Below, piece by piece: positions 58,975-64,000 of a stretch of 64,000 bases of DNA (the stretch's first letter is position 1; the number at the start of each line of letters is the position of its first letter). Both the position numbers and the translations under genes were made by a program. Source of the stretch: Candidatus Bathyarchaeota archaeon (GTDB lineage Archaea > Thermoproteota > Bathyarchaeia > Bathyarchaeales > Bathycorpusculaceae); NCBI GenBank assembly GCA_963707955.1, contig OY970176.1, forward strand, positions 480,001-544,000, given 5' to 3'. The notes beneath the pieces are model-generated. The model was not told the DNA's origin. It was given only the letters and a program-made list of their open reading frames with translations, and ran no database searches.

Positions 58975-59531
58975 CTTGTCCGCCCAGAGCAGAGACTTAG
59001 AAGACTCGTTTGGCAACGATCCCCATTCTGACTTCGATGACGAGAGAGGCGCGCACTAGGTTTGCAGCACACGCGTAGTCAAGAGTGTAAATCTCTTCAA
59101 TTGAAAGAATATACAGGTACCTTATGTTTTCAAGGTCCTAGTTTTCTTCTTTTTGCAGCACAAACCCGTCTTTTTCAACGTTGTCAATTGAAAAAAGCAA
59201 AAAATACTTCAAACGGGCAAGTATCAATCGATGAGTGTGGTGGATGGTCTTTCTCCCTTCTCCTTTCATTCTACCATCCTCCTCATGAAACATGTTCTAT
59301 GCATACTAAGTCCCAAAGCATCTCCGAAAATGGAAAAGGGCAAGAAATGGATTCCAAGCAGTTCTACGGGTTCTAGCGCGTGCTTGCTTGTTAATGCTCG
59401 CGTTGGGCTCATTATGGATTTTCGAATCAAGACGAAGACTGAGAGTTGATGTTTTTGTCGCTTGTGGGTTGATGCTTCAGCTCTTGCCGTGGTTGAGCGC
59501 GTTCTGATCTGGTTCATGAGTTCAGCGGTGC

Positions 59532-61829
59532 TCAGGCTGGCAGTTTGGTTTGTCGCTGTCCTCTAACCTCATCATAAGTGGTCTTTACGGAATAGCCGAA
59601 AGGACTGAGCATGTTGGCGGCTGACGCGTATAGAAGGAGCAGGTACTTCTTAACATCTGAGCTCGTGTTCTTCTCTATCAATTCTTCAGCCGTAACCCTC
59701 CGGTCGTAGCGTTTGTTCTCGGCGCTGGTGAAGAGGAACTTCACGTTTTTTCCAGCGGCAACCTCGACGCCTTCTTTCATCAGTTGTTTGGCTGCGATGA
59801 CTTGACTGACCATCTGCTTGTACCTCTTCGGGTCTTTGGACAAGTGCTTCGTGATTATTAGGTCCCAGACAGAAACGTCTCCTGCAAGGAGCTTCTCTCT
59901 GAAGTCCCTTAAAACCTTCAGCGCGTTAGGGATCTTCTTAAGAAATTCCTTTGAGTTCTTGGCCTCTGCAAGCACTTCCAGCATTCTGGTCTGAGCATCA
60001 TGCACAAACGGAGGCGTGTCTCTTCTTCTAACCTCCAGACCTCTGACCTTGATTTTGCCACTCTCCATCACTCCGTAGTAGCGATTCAAAACGCCGACGT
60101 TTGGATGCATCCTAGACGGTAGAAATACGATCCAGTTGTAGCGGCCTTCAAAGCTCAGTGGGATCTTGGTCTCTTCAGCGATCTGTCTGCAGAGTTCGTG
60201 ATATTCCTCGTCTGTGGCCCCCTTCTTCTTCAGCCACAGAGAATCAACAATACCATGAATGACCCTGAACCCCTTTTGTTCGGCAATTCTTGACGCTTTC
60301 AAGAAAGCATCTCTGCCGAAAGCACAGACGCCGATGTGTCCGTCTACAGTCCCGAACCTTGCGTTTCTGTAGCCGAGATAGCCAAAACACGTGACGAGAA
60401 TCCATTTCAAAGCCGTCTGACGATTATCATAAACCATCCTGAGTCTCTCGTCGTCGGTTTCCGATTTCAGCTTCTTGTAGAGAAGCCTCTTCGCGATCAT
60501 CGGCTTCAGAGCCTTGGGAACGATTCCAACCTTTTTCTCGCAGATGTTATATTCAAGCTCGGGAATGCGGAGTTTCGAGTCGGGACAGCATTTGCAGAGA
60601 ACCGTTTCGGCAGAAATGTTGTTATTAACCATCATAGTCGGGTACATGGAGGCAAAGTCAACTTCGCCAACGTCATCGTGAACTCCAACCTCTGGCTCAT
60701 AAACGAAGCCTCCTCGGTCTCCGACTAGCAGCTCGAGAGTGGATTTGAAGGCTTCTGGGATGCTCTTGTTCCTAGGAACTAAAACGTCGTCTTTTATGGC
60801 TTGGTAGAACTGAATGGACGACATGCTTGAGCCGATTGACGAGCGCGCAGCAGTGTGCAACGATACCCTGCAAGTTCTGGCTATCTCATACAGTCCATCC
60901 AGTCCACACTCAGCCAAGATGAACGTGTTCTTCTCGTCGACATGGACTCTGCCGTACAATCGTCTCATCGGAGCGCGATAATACGTTCGTCCATAGGAAA
61001 AGAAGGTTCTGCCCCGAACGTTTCTTGCAACAAGAGGAACCCCGTCTCTGCTTAGAACAAGCTTATCCAAAACCCCATTGATGACTGACCTGCGCACGAG
61101 ATATGGGAAAAGATAGGAATCTCCACCTTTGGTAACGATGATGTCTGGGTCAAGTTCTGCGACGGTTCGTGCTAGCCGAAGCAGCATGTCTTTCTCATCA
61201 CCCGAATCAAAGATCACCTTGTCATCGCCCTGGCTCACAACCACCTTGCCAATCGGGTCAGTGATCTTGGCGATCTTGCCCTGTTTGGCAACCTCAACGT
61301 CGACTTTCGAGATGCGCAACGGCGGAACCGTGTAGTCCACGCTTTCAGCGGAATCCAGAAGACGGTACTTCAACTGGGAACCTTCAAACTCAACCTCGAC
61401 AAACGCCAGAGGAAAAACGTCGCGATTGTAGAAGTACAGCTGCTCGTGTTTCAAGTCGCAATTGAAAACGTGATACTGCAAGTATCTTCCGGCCTTGAGG
61501 ACTCTTTGAGTAAATGACGGTGAAGCTCGGCAGTCTTTCAGAGTCACTTCCAAGACTTTGGACTGTTTGGAGTCAGTTGTGTCTGCGTATCTTCGAACAA
61601 AATCCCAGGAGACAACGGCCCTATCGTAAATGAATTGACTAGCAAGTCTTTCCAGCCTGTCTTCATTCCCTGAAACGTAGATTTTGGGCTTGAAACTGTC
61701 CGTGAAGCGTAGGCGTTCTCCGTTTTCAGCTATTACCCAAACCGTGAACTCTCCAAACGCAGAAGGATATACGTCGAGTACCCAGCCTTTCACCCGGTCA
61801 GGGTTGGGCAAGCTTCTGCTTGATTGCAA
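59532..61829 (-). CDS. polB2: Family B DNA polymerase, PolB2 group
   Basis: DFASMYP, KWILVTCFGY, HGIVDSL (variant of YGDTDS), RGLEVRRRD; degenerate exonuclease motifs. Confidence 0.9.
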   Translation of the reverse strand: MQSSRSLPNPDRVKGWVLDVYPSAFGEFTVWVIAENGERLRFTDSFKPKIYVSGNEDRLERLASQFIYDRAVVSWDFVRRYADTTDSKQSKVLEVTLKDCRASPSFTQRVLKAGRYLQYHVFNCDLKHEQLYFYNRDVFPLAFVEVEFEGSQLKYRLLDSAESVDYTVPPLRISKVDVEVAKQGKIAKITDPIGKVVVSQGDDKVIFDSGDEKDMLLRLARTVAELDPDIIVTKGGDSYLFPYLVRRSVINGVLDKLVLSRDGVPLVARNVRGRTFFSYGRTYYRAPMRRLYGRVHVDEKNTFILAECGLDGLYEIARTCRVSLHTAARSSIGSSMSSIQFYQAIKDDVLVPRNKSIPEAFKSTLELLVGDRGGFVYEPEVGVHDDVGEVDFASMYPTMMVNNNISAETVLCKCCPDSKLRIPELEYNICEKKVGIVPKALKPMIAKRLLYKKLKSETDDERLRMVYDNRQTALKWILVTCFGYLGYRNARFGTVDGHIGVCAFGRDAFLKASRIAEQKGFRVIHGIVDSLWLKKKGATDEEYHELCRQIAEETKIPLSFEGRYNWIVFLPSRMHPNVGVLNRYYGVMESGKIKVRGLEVRRRDTPPFVHDAQTRMLEVLAEAKNSKEFLKKIPNALKVLRDFREKLLAGDVSVWDLIITKHLSKDPKRYKQMVSQVIAAKQLMKEGVEVAAGKNVKFLFTSAENKRYDRRVTAEELIEKNTSSDVKKYLLLLYASAANMLSPFGYSVKTTYDEVRGQRQTKLPA

Positions 61830-62070
61830 CGAGTCCCTTCTCCAGACGATTCAGTTTCTTTTGTTGTTCCAGCAGGATTGACATGACCATCGGCTCAAAA
61901 ATCTCAGGTCGTGTTGCATTGCTTCCTGCGGAGGCGTGGTTTCTGCACACGTCGGTCATCTGTTCAAACGCGCTTCTGTCATCAGCGCGCAGAGCCTTGA
62001 CAAACCCGCTCCAGCTCTGAATCTCCGTGTCTAAAGCAAGTCGATAAGACTCAACAGTCTTTCCCATCAT
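61798..62070 (-). CDS. Small PolB2-associated protein (PPB2-like)
   Basis: MGKTVESYR...W..F.KALR...FEPMVMSILL; lies between iRadA and polB2. Confidence 0.8.
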   Translation of the reverse strand: MMGKTVESYRLALDTEIQSWSGFVKALRADDRSAFEQMTDVCRNHASAGSNATRPEIFEPMVMSILLEQQKKLNRLEKGLVAIKQKLAQP

Positions 62071-62801
62071 TGAGCACCTCTCTCGAAATCTTTCAACGTC
62101 AAGTTTTCAGACTGGAAATCAACAGTCGCCAGCTTGAACACCGAGTGCTTTTGAAGAGTGAACTGCTTGTCGAAGGGGTACGTCGGTTTCTTGCCTATGG
62201 ATATCGTGACGTTGGACCTTGCGCACAAAACGGCATCGAAGAAAGCACTGCGCCTAGAATAGTAATGTGGTAGACACGTCGCTAATACGATGACGCTCTT
62301 GTCTTCAGCAAACTTCGAGAGGTATGCCGTTACTTGAGTGAAGACCTCTCTGCTTTCTTCTGGCGGGACGTCTTTGTCGAGGTATAGCCCCTGAAAATCC
62401 GAAATGATCACGAGTCCAGCATCGTATCTTGTGACAGCTTCTTCAAGTCTGTCAAGGATTATTGAGGTCATCTGGTGCGCTGTAAAAGCTCTTGAAATGA
62501 AGATTCGCTGCAAAACGTTCCTTGGTTTCAGATGATGGAGTCGGGCCAGTCGAGACACTTTGTAGAGCCTAAAAGTGTTCCCTCCGTCGACAAACACGAC
62601 ACTGGACTCCAGTCCTCCCAACTGGTATGGGAGTTGAGTTCTGACGGCAAGCAGCAACGAGAGCGTCAATATAGACGGCAGGCCATGAACGACGGCGAAG
62701 TCGCCTAACATGAACCCTGGGAATAGGGTGTCTATGTTTTCCATGTTGAATGATAGTAGCGCCTTAGATGAAATCGGCTTAACCACCGCATTCTGTGCCA
62801 A
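62067..62801 (-). CDS. Inactivated RadA/RecA-like protein (iRadA)
   Basis: VFVDGGNTF, ISRAFTAHQ; Walker A degenerate. Confidence 0.85.
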   Translation of the reverse strand: MAQNAVVKPISSKALLSFNMENIDTLFPGFMLGDFAVVHGLPSILTLSLLLAVRTQLPYQLGGLESSVVFVDGGNTFRLYKVSRLARLHHLKPRNVLQRIFISRAFTAHQMTSIILDRLEEAVTRYDAGLVIISDFQGLYLDKDVPPEESREVFTQVTAYLSKFAEDKSVIVLATCLPHYYSRRSAFFDAVLCARSNVTISIGKKPTYPFDKQFTLQKHSVFKLATVDFQSENLTLKDFERGAQ

Positions 62802-62999
62802 AATTGCTCACTTCCTCGAGTCAACAGGGATTAAAACATGCGATTCTTCGAGCTTTTAACAGTTAAGTTGAACAGTAAATCGCTGGGTGTGGAGAGTAAA
62901 GTTAAAGTGAAAACCATAATACCACGCAGCACGAACGTGCTTCACGAGTGCTAACAAAGTATAAGTTGCCAATTTGAAGCATAAGTTGTTGTGAAAAAA

Positions 63000-64000
63000 T
63001 TGCCTCAGACTTACGCTTGTCGCAAATGCGGTAAGATCTACTCTTCAGAAGAGTATGAGAACAGTCGATTCTGCACCGAATGCGGAACATACCTGATGTC
63101 CGAAAGCATGGCTTCTGAGCATTTCAGAGCGAGCCGTCAACGTGTGAAAAACAATATTCCGAAGAGAAGCATGCTTCCTGAAAACTATCAGATACGAAAG
63201 GAACAGATGGAGTTTGTCCAAGAGGCAGTGAAAGCGCTCAAAAGCAAAGAGGTTTTTGTGGGGAGTGCTCCATGTGGAGTAGGCAAATCTCTTGCGTCAT
63301 TGCTTGCTGTTTTGCCAGAGCTCGAAGAAAACAGACTGATGATCTGCTTCAGAACGAGAAGCCAGTTGCACATTTACCTTAAAGAGCTAAGAGCACTCTC
63401 AAGTGGCCTTTCCGCTGTCTCCTTCTTTAGCAAACAAGACATGTGTCCTTTGAAGACAAAGGGCGACCTCTCATACGTTGACTTTTTTGAAGAGTGCAAA
63501 AGACTGAAAGATAGCTGCGAATCTTCTACTAAGCCCTACTGCAAATTCTATATGAACATTTTAAGAGGGAAAAAGGAAGCCGAAGAATTGGCTCTAGATT
63601 GCGCCCAAAGAATTCTTGCGCCAGAAGAAACGGTTGAGATCATGGCTAGACGAGGATTCTGTGCTCACGAAGCCTTGAAGAGAATTCTCCCTAAGGCGAA
63701 CGTTTTTCTTGGAACATACCACTACACCTTCGACCCCAGAATCAGGGAATCAATACTGAAGAACTTCGGAGTCGGTCTCTCAAAGGTCTTCTTAATCGTG
63801 GACGAGGCTCACAATCTTCCAACCTTCGCCAGAGAATTGCTTTCTGATCAATTGACAGAGGGTACAGTAGAAAGAGCGCAAAAGGAGACTGAAAATTTCG
63901 AGCATGAGTCACTTGGATCGGTCAGAGAACATCTAAACGTTCTTTTGGAAGAGGTTTTTCAGCACGCTCAGCAGACTTTGAAAGACGAAGATCTCAGACG
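63000..64000 (+). CDS. XPD/Rad3/DinG-family FeS helicase with N-terminal zinc ribbon (runs off the window end)
   Basis: Manual translation: MPQTYACRKCG...FCTECG...QIRKEQ...SAPCGVGKS...KQDMCP...YCKFY...GFCAHE...IVDEAHNL. Confidence 0.88.
   Translation, partial: MPQTYACRKCGKIYSSEEYENSRFCTECGTYLMSESMASEHFRASRQRVKNNIPKRSMLPENYQIRKEQMEFVQEAVKALKSKEVFVGSAPCGVGKSLASLLAVLPELEENRLMICFRTRSQLHIYLKELRALSSGLSAVSFFSKQDMCPLKTKGDLSYVDFFEECKRLKDSCESSTKPYCKFYMNILRGKKEAEELALDCAQRILAPEETVEIMARRGFCAHEALKRILPKANVFLGTYHYTFDPRIRESILKNFGVGLSKVFLIVDEAHNLPTFARELLSDQLTEGTVERAQKETENFEHESLGSVREHLNVLLEEVFQHAQQTLKDEDLR

Noticed and set aside
1-64000. CRISPR array, rRNA genes, transposases, defence systems
   Set aside because: No regularly spaced repeats and no cas, rRNA or transposase signatures were seen; the dispersed repeats are not arrayed.

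Overview
Chromosomal segment of an archaeon, most consistent with Bathyarchaeia (TACK). The assignment is inferred from gene content: TFB, aCPSF1-psmB, SepF, EgsA, single-OB SSB, an eL22-like protein, cohesin/dockerin surface proteins and a PolB2 operon. 1-16 kb: secreted/surface proteins (three cohesin-like proteins, CARDB, NosD beta-helix) and an Opp/Dpp ABC transporter whose binding protein ends in a dockerin-like module. 16-35 kb: mostly housekeeping genes, with a diverged duplicate of the DNA ligase 3' end and a candidate C/D box sRNA. 35-45 kb: accessory envelope-stress island (HtrA, MacB-like ABC, wHTH regulator, PAP2) with a shared promoter motif, then tRNA-Gln(TTG) with a 24-nt intron at position 10/11. 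45-64 kb: TFB, SUI1, an apparently inactive thiolase plus DUF35-HMG-CoA synthase fusion, TRAM-SSB-TRAM, LigD phosphoesterase, an iron/oxidative-stress cluster with a 9-Cys microprotein, iRadA-PPB2-PolB2 and an XPD-like helicase. The most striking unexplained signal is a dispersed intergenic repeat family (GCGCGC-N6-GTTCCTAAATTCCC-T-rich-GCGT) that occurs as inverted pairs bracketing genes or short spacers. Four conserved genes carry +1 frameshifts that are probably assembly errors. All family calls come from motif recognition by eye; no database search was run.
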